Of a DNA stretch of 64,000 nucleotides, positions 54,201 to 63,951 are shown piece by piece. The stretch is from Camelus ferus. Its lineage: Eukaryota. A program made the translations under genes and the position numbers. Positions within the stretch are counted from its first letter, which is position 1; every line of letters begins with the position of its first letter. A model generated the notes under the pieces. That model was not told where the DNA came from. It was given only the letters and a program-made list of their open reading frames with translations, and did not search any database. The stretch spans positions 88,352,001-88,416,000 of the forward strand of contig NC_045696.1 in the NCBI RefSeq assembly GCF_009834535.1, given 5' to 3'.

Positions 54201-56626
54201 TGTTACAAGCATGTATTTGGAGTTAGAAAGGACTTCATATATTATCTAATAAAGCCCCTTCACTCTGATGAAGAAATAAAAGCTTAGAAAAGGTAAGTGG
54301 CCAAGAGTCTCAAAGAGCTAGTTTGTGAGAAATTCAAGACGATCTAGGTCTCCAGATTCTTTGTCCAATGTTTTTTTCACTCTATTACACTTGTAAATAT
54401 TTGTTAAAGATTAAGCCTCACACCTGCCAAACTTGAATAAGCATATATAAGCTTGTATATGATATATAAACTCCCTGAAACAATACACAAGTTTCTTGTG
54501 TTTGTACGTATGTACGTTTCATGCATTTTTCTGGGGAGGTGCAGTTTTCAAATTCTTAAAGGGATTCACAAACCTTTCCAAAAAAGTTAAGAACCACTAC
54601 AGTCCTAACCCATTTGGGAAATCACAGGAATACAATTTTCTGGGAAGTTACACTGGGAAGTTCCGTATTACTCAAAGGCCTAGGGAGGCAGTGACTGCAG
54701 TACCAGCAGCAACAGTGGTGACTACAGCGCAGGCTGCAGTGTGTATCCTGTGAGAGTGATGTCTGTGTGATTTTTGACTGGATGAGTTGTCTCTGCTGTG
54801 TAATTCTGGGTGGTGTTCCTGGCTATATGGCCCTGACTCTTGTCCTCCACTTTCCTGTGGATTTTGGGTCCTACCAAAAGCATGTCACAAATTCCTTTCT
54901 CCTAACTAAGCTTGAGCCAGTTTCTCATGCTGGTAACTAAGAATATCACACAATAAAGCAATTCATTCCATTCTTTAAAAAGGCTTCTGTTAGACTGTCA
55001 ACTAAAGAAAATGAAGAAGAAATAAAACATTAACTTTCAGAAGAAATCTGCCTTCAAATCCAGTCTTTATTTCAGATCATCCTAGATATGATACACTGAC
55101 CTTTTTTTCCATTAACTATAGTCATTTTAGTTACATGGGAACATCAATAGATACAATTTTTAAAACACATTGGTAACTTACTTTAAAAATAAGGTGCCTT
55201 TTATCATACATGGCTTCTTGTGATTGAAGGGAAAAATAAAAGCATCATGGTAATTAACAGTAATGTCTTTAAAATCTGCTGTCACCTTTAAAAACATCAA
55301 CTTGTATCAATTAACTGTATACATCAAACCTATTAATCCCTTAACAGAGAAAGAACAGATACAAATACCTTTGTAGCAGGGCAAACTACTAGAGTATGCT
55401 ACAAAATTGCAAATTCTAAAATCTCTAGCTATGCCAACATAAATAAAATGTAAATCTCAATTACATGCACTTTATTCCATGTATCTTAGTGTAATCTCAG
55501 CATATCCTAGTGGTTCTCCTAAATATAAATCTCAACTTTAAACAGGATAAAATAGTACTACATACCTTTGGCATTGTTTGCAGAAAGATATAGACACTTG
55601 TTTTGGAATGCCTTGGCTGATATCTACTTTACTTCGCAGACAGGCCACACAAATATTGGCAGGATTTGGACTAATTGGGACACCACAATCGCAGCACAAG
55701 CTAAAATAAATAAAGCATACGTTTTTCAAATGAGATTTCATAAGTGTACTAGCTAAATTAAAAAACTATCAAACAAACAAAAGCCTTCAAGTTAGGCTAT
55801 AATATCTCTGCCTTTTTAAAAAAACTAACTTAGAGCAACCTTCAAAGATACAGTAGATTAAAAAATAACCTTGGAATAGTGAGGCAAAAAACAAGGATGG
55901 CCACAATTTCAAAAATCCCCAAAATATAATTGAGTACAAAGGATCTAAAGAGTCTAAATCATTTCTAACAGTAATCATTAGACTGCTTCATAGTCCAAAG
56001 GCAATTCTTTTAAGGCCTCAGTGTAGCACAGGGACTGCCAAAATGTAACACATTTACCCAGAGCAGAAAAAATTTTAAAGGATGGAAAGGTAACATGTTT
56101 AGTGATTCAGTACAAAAGATGGGAGTTTCATAAACCTAAGTGCACTGGGGACAGAAAATGTTTAAGAATAACTGATGTTACCCAGAAGAAATGTTCTAAG
56201 GTCTATGTTGTCCAATATAGCAGCCACCAGGCATATGTACTATCGAGGACTTGATACGTGGGTAGTAGACCAGGGAATTGAATGTTTAATTTTATTTTCA
56301 TTTTAATTAAATTTAAAAAGCTACATATGGCCAATGGCTATTACAGCAATCTAGAATTATGTATAGTGAAGATTTTAATACTCTTAAAGCAGTATTTACT
56401 ACAACAAACTTTCCAGGGGAAAATGAATTCGATTTTCTCAGGAAATAAGGCTTTCCATTTTTCCCATTTAAGACAAAAGAATCTGCCCATCAAAAGAAAC
56501 GATTTTCCCCACAGCAAGTTTCAAAGACTCACGTTAACATTTTTAAATTTAAGGGGAATGGGGTAAAAGGGACGCAACTTACATGTGTCCAGGTGTGCAG
56601 GTGACAGATTCTGTCATATACTCCAT
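28334..56626 (-). CDS. NMD3: NMD3 ribosome export adaptor, full spliced CDS (15 coding exons, 1512 nt, 503 aa)
   Basis: Exon lengths 44+135+97+81+129+91+79+97+118+146+113+73+107+71+131=1512, phases consistent, all GT-AG. Translation MEYMTESVTCTPGHILCCDCGVPISPNPANICVACLRSKVDISQ...LAEMLEDLHISQDATGEEGESMMT* has four CxxC pairs, basic NLS KRQRRRNWKLK and Leu-rich NES. Confidence 0.98.
28913..28983 (-). CDS. NMD3: NMD3 exon 15: QYQDFLEDLEEDEAIRKNVNIYR
   Basis: 71 nt, TAG acceptor, GTTGGT donor. Confidence 0.96.
29870..29976 (-). CDS. NMD3: NMD3 exon 14: VLIKKSYDRTKRQRRRNWKLKELAKERENMDADNE(R)
   Basis: 107 nt, TAG acceptor, weak GTTCCA donor; contains the NLS. Confidence 0.96.
31320..31392 (-). 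CDS. NMD3: NMD3 exon 13: FDLANCNLNDEHVNKMKSDRIPDV
   Basis: 73 nt, TAG acceptor, GTAAGG donor. Confidence 0.96.
32208..32320 (-). CDS. NMD3: NMD3 exon 12: HTLGEVWVQKTSEMNTDKQYFCRTHLGHLLNPGDLVL(G)
   Basis: 113 nt, AAG acceptor, weak GTTTGT donor; phase matches exon 13. Confidence 0.95.
33170..33314 (+). mobile_element. tRNA-Ala-derived SINE with (GTAA)n(ATAA)n tail
   Basis: B box gggttcaatcccc; flanked by tgaatc direct repeats. Confidence 0.85.
33890..36915 (+). mobile_element. L1 ORF2 (RT region) to 3' end, antisense in NMD3 intron 11
   Basis: Decayed ORF2 peptides (YRPIS, KIQPSFMIKTLSKLGIE, gcagatgacatgatc = ADDMI); nested short L1 end 34990-35167 with TSD aaaatc..aacaagtta. Confidence 0.85.
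37860..38005 (-). CDS. NMD3: NMD3 exon 11: (V)ADIDGNTFWSHLFNSLCHPRQLEEFIVMDCSIVRDLKRSAGAGMISKK
   Basis: 146 nt, TAG acceptor, GTAATT donor; in ORF 37830..38036. Confidence 0.97.
39015..39132 (-). CDS. NMD3: NMD3 exon 10: DNVVCLSSKLAQSLGNMNQICVCIRVTSVIHLIDPNTLQ
   Basis: 118 nt, TAG acceptor, GTAAGT donor. Confidence 0.97.
39978..40180 (+). mobile_element. MER58-like hAT element
   Basis: cagaggtctgcaaa...taaataaagttttgctggaacacagcc. Confidence 0.65.
40230..40470 (+). mobile_element. MIR SINE
   Basis: ttgggcaagtcatctaacctc...tttcctcatct core. Confidence 0.7.
41134..41230 (-). CDS. NMD3: NMD3 exon 9: YKASQRLISQDIHSNTYNYKSTFSVEIVPICK
   Basis: 97 nt, CAG acceptor, GTAATT donor. Confidence 0.97.
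41912..41990 (-). CDS. NMD3: NMD3 exon 8: (D)GLDFYYSSKQHAQKMVEFLQCTVPT(R)
   Basis: 79 nt, poly-T tract plus AAG acceptor, GTATGT donor. Confidence 0.97.
42120..46800 (+). mobile_element. Highly decayed composite L1 with nested L1 ends and a MIR (~45390-45620)
   Basis: Strong A-skew; L1 ORF2 and 3'UTR motifs. Confidence 0.6.
48204..48294 (-). CDS. NMD3: NMD3 exon 7: TLHKKTFYYLEQLILKYGMHQNTLRIKEIH
   Basis: 91 nt, TAG acceptor, GTGAGT donor. Confidence 0.97.
48572..48700 (-). CDS. NMD3: NMD3 exon 6: VMNGAILQQVFVVDYVVQPQMCGDCHRVEAKDFWKAVVQVRQK
   Basis: 129 nt, CAG acceptor, GTAATA donor; in ORF 48500..48700. Confidence 0.97.
49481..49561 (-). CDS. NMD3: NMD3 exon 5: VRLVDASFVWTEPHSKRLKVKLTIQKE
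   Basis: 81 nt, AG acceptor, GTAAGC donor; WTEPHS motif. Confidence 0.97.
51150..52262 (+). mobile_element. L2 3' region
   Basis: ctttaaataccatctata, gtcatccttgactc, tgctgaatg motifs. Confidence 0.7.
52739..52836 (+). mobile_element. tRNA-Ala-derived SINE
   Basis: tagctcaatggta...agcatgcacgaggtcctaggttctatccccagtacctc plus A tail. Confidence 0.85.
53306..53402 (-). CDS. NMD3: NMD3 exon 4: YFQPPGTWIQCALESRELLALCLKKIKAPLSK
   Basis: 97 nt, CAG acceptor, GTAGGT donor; in ORF 53255..53527. Confidence 0.97.
55566..55700 (-). CDS. NMD3: NMD3 exon 3: LCCDCGVPISPNPANICVACLRSKVDISQGIPKQVSISFCKQCQ(R)
   Basis: 135 nt, acceptor AG 55702-55701, donor GTATGT; seen in ORF 55538..55741. Confidence 0.97.
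56203..56352. mobile_element. MER3/MER33-like hAT element
   Basis: tgtccaatatagcagccac...catatggccaatggcta; a related copy lies at ~47920-48115. Confidence 0.55.
56583..56626 (-). CDS. NMD3: NMD3 coding exon 1 (gene exon 2): MEYMTESVTCTPGH(I)
   Basis: ATG at 56626-56624 in aaaATGG context; donor GTAAGT at 56582. Confidence 0.93.
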
Positions 56627-56869
56627 TTTTCTGTATACCTTGATTTAAAAATGAGAGAGAATACTGAGATTTAAGACATTTGTCTAGTCACCTCTTTATA
56701 CAAATCTTTCTTCTGCCTCTCTGAATGAGGCAGCCAAGCCCCGTAAAGCAGCAAACAAGAAAAACCAATTCGATGTGGTACCTTGTGACGAACTGACTCC
56801 GTTAATAGCAGAACCAAGCGCATTCCGGAGTTTGCAACTACAAGACCTTAGAGCCAATAACCTGACCGC

Positions 56870-57530
56870 CAACCAGGGCGAACTCCAGGTGGGCCAGACG
56901 GGACTGAGGCCGCCCCGCACACCCCCACCCTCACCCCGGCGTCTGGAGTACCTCAAACCCGCACTGCAGGAGCCCACGGGCAGTCTCAACACGCCTGCGG
57001 ATCACCCACCCCGACCCGGCGCCCCGCACCCCTCACCCCGCCCGTGAGACCTCACGCCGGCTGCTGGCCCGCGGCGCACACGCTGCACGCACGCGGCCCG
57101 AAGTCGGCCCGAGACCGAGAGTCCGGCTCCCTCTCTCCTTGGGGACCCCGCGCGACTGCAGCCCGAGTCTTAGACCCCAGAACCTACTTAACGCCTCTGA
57201 GCTTGGCGCAGACTTTCTGGAAAACCGCGACAGAACCACCTCCTCTCACCCCGCAAGCAGCCACCACAGCTGACTCCGGTACTGCAAAAACCTCGCGAGA
57301 GAAAGGCTCGAAATCCCGCGGGCTGAGAGACGCGACTTAAAGCGGCGGGTGGGGACGGAAGAAGGGGAGGGCATTGTTGAGCGGTGGGGGTGGGACGGGG
57401 CTGGGCGAGGGGCGGGGCTGAGCCGCGTGAGGGGCGGGGCGGGGGGGCCTGGGCGGGGGGCCTGGCCGGTGGGAGGGATGCGGAGAGAAGGCCGGGGCTC
57501 TCGTACTATGGTTTACATCGTGCCGATTTT
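56870..57530. promoter_or_regulatory. CpG-island promoter of NMD3 with GC boxes and a BANP/ZBTB33-type motif
   Basis: Dense CpG in an AT-rich window; GGGGCGGGGC at 57409-57418 and 57431-57440; CCTCGCGAGA at 57291-57300. Confidence 0.9.
57188..57290 (-). other. NMD3: NMD3 non-coding exon 1 (TSS approximate)
   Basis: Lies in the CpG island; donor ...GAGGCGTTAA|GTAGGT at 57187; resembles the human NMD3 5'UTR as I recall it. Confidence 0.6.
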
Positions 57531-58704
57531 CCCTGGCCAGAATTCACTGCAAGCCTGCCTCGCACATGTATATAACACCACTTTTCAGCTGTCCCTATTG
57601 GGAGCTTGCTTATTGGTTAAATTATATAAAAGTTATCTGTAAACAATTCCACACTGCACAAAGAAATTAAACTCCATCGAGAGCAGTGCCTTTGTCCCTT
57701 TTGCTCACCATCATATGCTTAATGATAACTGCTCAAATGAATATTTTTTGGATAGATGAAAGAAAGAAATGTAAGAAATAATTATTTGTGGAGTCATTTT
57801 TTGATCACTCTAATTAGAATGTGCTTTCTCATAGTGCACTTAATATTTTTTTTAAGACTTTACACTTTGATCTTAGAGCAACTCAGACCATGTCTAATCA
57901 CCCTGATTGGCAGAATTTCAAATATTTGAAGATCATGACCATATTTTTTATGTCTTCTCCAAATTTCAAGAAATAAGCAAGGTCATCTTACAGAAGGTGA
58001 TCAAAGAAGGCCTCCCATTTCTTGCCTAGGGTACTTAGTCTCCAATTCCTTCTTCTTACTTCAGGATTCCAACCCATCCTTCTAAAATGCAAATGTAATT
58101 TTGTCACACTCCCCTGTTTTAATCCTTCAGTGGTCTCTGATCTTCTGGATTATTTCCAATTTCTCTGAATAGAAAGATCTTTCAGGATCTGACCTTGGCA
58201 TATCCTGTCACACTCCTAAGCACACAGCCACACAAACAACTGTCAGGTCCTGCAGGAACTAATCTGCCTTTGCTTACACCTGGGACACTCCCCCTTAAAG
58301 ATTAAGCTCAAGCATGCTGTATGAGTTTCCTATTGCTGCTGTAATGAATTATCACAAAATGTGTGCCTTAAAACAATGCAAATTTATCATCTTACAGTTA
58401 TGAAGGTTGCAAGTCTAAAAACAAATGTTCCTCCTTCAGGTATGATCTGACAGTATTTTTACAGGAGGTGTATGCCTCTATAATAATGCTAGCCACATTA
58501 AATTGGATCACAAATTTGCTCTTTGCATTGTCCACAGGTTTAAGCTCCGGGAGAGCCGTCCAGGTCTTGTTCTTCTCAGTATTCCTTTCACCTCGCACAA
58601 AACAGACCCTCAATATATGTTGGTAAATTAATTATCGATTTGACACAACCACTCTGAAGAGACAGTGTATATCTCCTCATTTTTTCCATTCACATTATCA
58701 TTTC

Positions 58705-59262
58705 TGGTGAGCCAAATACCACTAGGAATACAACTGTAGTTAAACAGATTGTGTTTGTTATTCATTAAGTGAATGCAAACACACCATGAGGAATCATGGA
58801 GTATCTCAGTAAGAGGGTGCTAGAAAAAAGCCCATCATAGAATATGGGCTTTGGTTGGGTAACTTGGGGATGGATGGTCTAAGAAGCAGAGGTTTGCTCT
58901 AAATTGGATGCCATCAAAAGCAGAGGCAAGTCTATGACTGGATAGCTCCATAAATCTTATGTATAGGAAGAGAGGCAAAAGAATGTAGCAGCAATTAGTA
59001 AAGAAGTATCCATCACTCATTTTTGGCTGAGAGGGAGTGTTTGGTATTTTGTGGGTGGCACAGTGACCTTGTATTTATCTACACTTAGAAAAAAAATCAT
59101 GCAGTGGCTTTGCTTTGGCTCATTTTATCATGGTCTCAGAGAAACCTTGTCTGGGGTTGATATTCTGTTAAATTGTTTATGTCTAACAGGAGAATGATGT
59201 GGGCTACCTGTGAGTCTAGGCCAGCTTCTGAATGTCGGGGGCTGCTCTGTTTTTCTTTCTCA
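58705..59262. mobile_element. ERV-type solo LTR (family not determined)
   Basis: ~550-bp TG...CA-bounded segment with LTR-like composition. Confidence 0.5.
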
Positions 59263-59563
59263 GTACACTCTTCCCATACCCTGTTTGATTTGGCACCAAG
59301 TGCCTCAATGCCAGGCTTGTTAGGCACTGGATATGTAACAGTGATCAACACAAACATGGTCCCTGCCCTCACAGACCTTATATTTTACAGATGAGGCTGA
59401 TATTGCAGAAGATTAGATAATCTGCTGGGATTTCTACAGCAAGTAAGTGGCAGAACAAGACCCGAACTACAATTTGTCTAACTCTGTACCTGTGCCCTTA
59501 ACACCATACCAAGCTGCCTGCTCTTCTGAGGCTCAGGCCAACTATTTTTATTCACAGGTATTT

Positions 59564-61359
59564 GTTTCTTTTTTAAGAAATTTTATTTTCCATCAACCGT
59601 ATTTCCATTTTCTGTTTAAGAGTACGTGAAGGATCAGCGTGAGACCACTCAGTGGCTGTTCCTCCCCATCCAGTGGCCTGAGCAGTGGGGGCTGCAGTCA
59701 GGTCTCAGGTGGGCAGGTCGTAGCCATCTTCAGCAGGAGCGGCTGGAGGGCACGGAGGCCACGGCACCTCCAGACCCATCTGCAACTTCTAGTTGAGTGG
59801 CAGTAAATCTGGGACCTAGAGCAGTGCACTTACCCCGATATTTCTCCTGGGTCACAGCCTCTTCAGCAGCCGCCTGCTCTTCCTTCTCAGTCCCGTCAGG
59901 ATCTCCGTGGAAGCAGAGATCAGGCCTGACCTCCCGGGGGCGCTCCCGGGGATGCGGCTGTGCGTGCGCAGAACCCCCAGGCCAGCATCATGAGTCCCGA
60001 CCCGCTGGGTGAGCTCCCTTCTGGCTGCAGGGATGGCGGTGTCCACACAGCGCAGAGTCCATGTTACAGGTCAACATCAGGCGCCTCTGTGAGAGGCTGG
60101 GGGCAGCCCTGGGATCTGTAACCACCCGCAGACACGGCTGAAGGCTGCCTGGAGCCGGTCAGTGAAGTTTCCAGAGGTGGAGCTGTACCAACGGGAGCGG
60201 CTCTGGTGGCAGCAGCAAACTTCAACACAGCTCACTGGCCAGCGTTCCTGGAGGACAGGACACTGGCATCAGCTGGGTTCTCAGTGTCAACAATGGCACC
60301 AGCTGCCAGCAGAAGCCTTTCCCACATTCTCTTCAGATTTATGAGTTAATGCCATCACTTTTCCTTTTGTGGACGTGCTGTTCCCTTTGGAAATGACAGT
60401 TGGTGCCACCTAAGCGGGTTCTACTGCAAGGATTTGAGGACATTCTCCTCCTTCATTTGCAGGACATCGCAGGCTCCAGACATTGTGAAAATTCCCCTTC
60501 AAGTCACAAGGGGTCCTTAAAAAACTAAAAATAGACTTACCATATGATCCAGCAATTCCACTCCTGGGCATATATCCAGAGAAAACTGTAACTTAAAAAG
60601 ACATACGCACTCCATTGTTCACAGCAGCACTATTTACAATAGCCAAGGCATGGAAACAACCTAAATGTCCACTGACAGATGAATGGATAAAGAAGATGTA
60701 TACACACACACATATATACATACACACACAATGGAATACTACTCAGCCATAAAAAATTAATGCCATTTGCAGCAACATGCATGGACCTGAAGATCATCAT
60801 TCTAAGCGAAGTAAGCCAGAAAGAGAAAGAAAAATACCAGATGATATTGCTTATATGTGGAATCTAAAAAAAGACACAAACTTATTTACAGAACAAAAAC
60901 AGAACACACTTAAAGTTACCAGGGGGTAAAGGAGGTGGGAAGGGATAAACTGAACGTTCAAAATTTGCAGATCCTAACTACTATATATAAAAAAGATAAG
61001 CAACAAATTTCTACTGTATAGCACAGGGAACTATATTCATATCTTGTAGTAATCTATAATGAAAAAGAATATGAAATGGAATATATGTATGTATATGCAT
61101 GACTGAAACATTATGCTGCACACCAGAAATTGACACAACATTGTAAACTGACTATAAATCAATTAAAAAAAAAAAGGAAAAGAAAAAAAGTTGTGAATAC
61201 CAGGAGGGAAAGTGGGAGGTGGGGGGATAAATTGAGAGTTCGGCATTTGCAGATACTAACTACTGTATATAAAATAGATAAACAGCAAGTTCCTACTATA
61301 TAACACAGGGAACTATATGCAATACCTTGTAATAGCCTATAATGAAGAAGAGTATGAAA

Positions 61360-61393
<34 letters not shown>

Positions 61394-61547
61394 AACTGAA
61401 TCACTATGCTGTACACCAGAAATTAACACAATGTTGTAAACCGATTAAACTTCAAAAAAATGTTTTAATTTAATTTTTTTAAAGTTACAAGGGGGAGCCC
61501 AGAACAACGCCGCCATATGAACCTCAGTCTGGTTAGCGTGGAAAGGC
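59564..61547 (-). pseudogene. RPSA: Processed RPSA (uS2 / laminin receptor) pseudogene, full length, 5'UTR interrupted by L1
   Basis: Intronless MSGACDVLQMKEENVLK from ATG 60483 to ...TATEWS with former stop at 59641-59639; 845 nt vs 888 expected, with frameshifts; AATAAA 59587-59582; A-tail remnant; 5'UTR continues at 61482-61547; degenerate TSD cacaggtattt (59553) / cacaggctttt (61548). Confidence 0.93.
60514..61481 (+). mobile_element. L1 insertion (two tandem 3' ends) in the RPSA pseudogene 5'UTR
   Basis: TSD aagtcacaagggg (60501-60513) / aagttacaagggg (61482-61494). Confidence 0.9.
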
Positions 61548-62289
61548 CACAGGCTTTTGACAAATGAAATATGTTTATGGTAGGAAGAACCTATATTTCT
61601 CCACCTACTTCTCACCCATCAGTACTAAGATCTCCAGATGTCAGAAGTAAGTGCTTGGTGTCGAATGTCTCTGCCAGAAACCTGGATGAGCTTGTTAGGA
61701 CTGGTTGGACAGACACATAATATTGGCAAATTATACCAGAGAGAAACTCATTTTGCACTTTGTATTTAATTCTCAAATCTCACTTTGAAAAAAATGGGTT
61801 CTCTTGTCCCATAGTCCTTACATTTGGGGTATCTGTCCTTATTCAAATCTTAGCTTTAGTTTGTTTTTACAAACTTAAATTGTGTGTTTGACCTCAGTTT
61901 TTAAATGGAATTCCTAAAAGGACTAGATGGCTTTGACCTCCTAGCAAGTTACAGGTTCAGCGAATTCATCATCCACTAACTCGTCAAAAAAAATTTTTTT
62001 ATAACAGAATGCATAAAATCTCTTTCAAGACCAATTACGGTAAATATAAATATTGATTTTTATCTCTTGTTTTAGATTATAATATACCTTTCTTAGAGAC
62101 AGGCTGAATAAGTGTTTTAAAAGAAGTAGAGTTTTTTTAATTTTAAGTAACTTCTAGACCTAGCAAGTAGTAAATGCTCACTTAATATAGGTTAATCAAT
62201 GAAATTCTACACAGAACTTTCCAATGCATAGTGTAACTTTTTTTTTCACACCATCAAATGTGATAGCACTTGTGGGATATCAATATCTC

Positions 62290-62695
62290 ATTGATTGGAG
62301 AGAGCTCAGGAAAGGTTTATTAGGGAGGACTCTAAGAATCAACACCTGAAGAAGGGAAGGACAGAACCACAGTTGGATAGAGGGAGAACTAGTGCTCCCT
62401 TGCCGTCTGATGGAGGTCTCACCACCCATAATGCTGGAAGCTCTGAAGCTGAGATGACTGTTCAGTTTTCCAGAGGGGGCTGGGCCATTGTTTATTGGTG
62501 AGTCATTGGATGTGACTGCTCAAGGGAGGAGGTGTAACCTTGGGTGAGGTTTCTCTCTTTAGCCAAGGCAGTCCCAGAAGTGGGTGGAACTCAGAGCTTT
62601 CTGTCAGCAGAAGGAATAGGGGAACAAGTCGTTCAGAGGAATTAATCCTTCACTCCTGCATGGGGATCTGGGAAACACTTCACAGCATGCACCAC
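62290..62695. mobile_element. MaLR/ERVL-like LTR fragment
   Basis: aggtttattaggga...agctctgaagctgagatg motifs. Confidence 0.5.
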
Positions 62696-63951
62696 ATAAA
62701 AAGTTTGTCTACTAGAACTGATACAAGACCTGGGCTCTAAGAGCCTTGCTTCAAGTCCAAGATTTGCAGTTTATTGACCCCGTGCCCCTAAGGGGTTGTT
62801 CACCTCTCTGAGCCTCAGTTTCCTTCTTTCTATAAAACTATGTAATAATCTGTCCCACATAAAGTTGTTGTGAGAATTGATAGAGATAAGGTATGTTGAA
62901 ATGTTAGTAAGCTGGAAAAAGATGAGCTTAGTAACTGCAAAAAGCTCTTAAGGACGGAGGTATGCTATTCTCCCATGAAGCTCATTACCAGCAACTGAAT
63001 TAAGTGGCAAGGAATGGTTTGTATTTGGTACACCAATATATAGAATTTGAAACATCACACTTGTGATCTTGCTTCACTATTAACTTACAAGATAAATAAA
63101 TTATAAACAAAATAAAAGTTGAGTGCTCATTTTGTGAAATTCATTCAGCTATTACATCTATGCATATGTCTACATGTGATTATATTTAGACAAAAAGTTT
63201 AAAAAATACAAATGAAATCTCACATAGAATCCCAGTAAATAAAACAGACAAAAAAAATTACAATACTAATACTTGATAAATGTCCCCATTTTTTCAAACT
63301 GCAAAATATCAGAGATTAAATTTGTAATGTTCTACTGTAGTTTTTCAAAGATGTAATCACTGACCTCTAGGTTTAGATGCTAGTGACGGCAGAGAACTAC
63401 TACTATAGTAGTAGATGAGGGAATATTTTATAAAGATAAATTTATTAGGTATGATAAAAGACAAGATGAACAAAGGAAAAACAGAAATGAACAAATTTAG
63501 ATGCACCATAATAACTTTCAACAATGAAAGTTTACATGCACTGGGTCTCAAAAAACCAAGAATTTGAGGATATGAAACTGACATTTTGCTCTGACCCTTC
63601 TTTTCAGTAATTGCTACCATATCAGTGTCTCATTTTTCTTAAAAGCCTCCTCACCTTTTGCTCTTAGAACATCTCAAAGATGCTTTGTGCTCTGTTTTTT
63701 TTTTTTTTTTTTTAATTTCACTGTAGCAGGAATGGAAAAGACATCAAAATTGTACTTGTAATGATGAGCCAATCTGGAGGTGATGGGGAGAATTTTCCTG
63801 CCAAGACTGTTTAGAATTAAACTTCCTTTGACTATATGGACATTTTATATAATCTGAAGTTTAGTTTCAGGGAAGAGTCCAGGGATGTACAGGTAGTGTA
63901 AGTAAGCAAATTTAGATGTCAGAAAAAAGTACTTTCTAAAATGTCTGACTA

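Noticed and set aside
56696..57642. Several overlapping ORFs in the CpG island
   Set aside because: Expected from stop-codon scarcity in GC-rich DNA; low-complexity Pro/Gly/Arg translations
59639..60483. Functional RPSA retrogene, or ADAR-edited cDNA as the cause of the bias
   Set aside because: Frameshifts, ~43 nt net loss and a lost stop exclude function; changes include T>C, T>G and A>C on the sense strand, not only A>G
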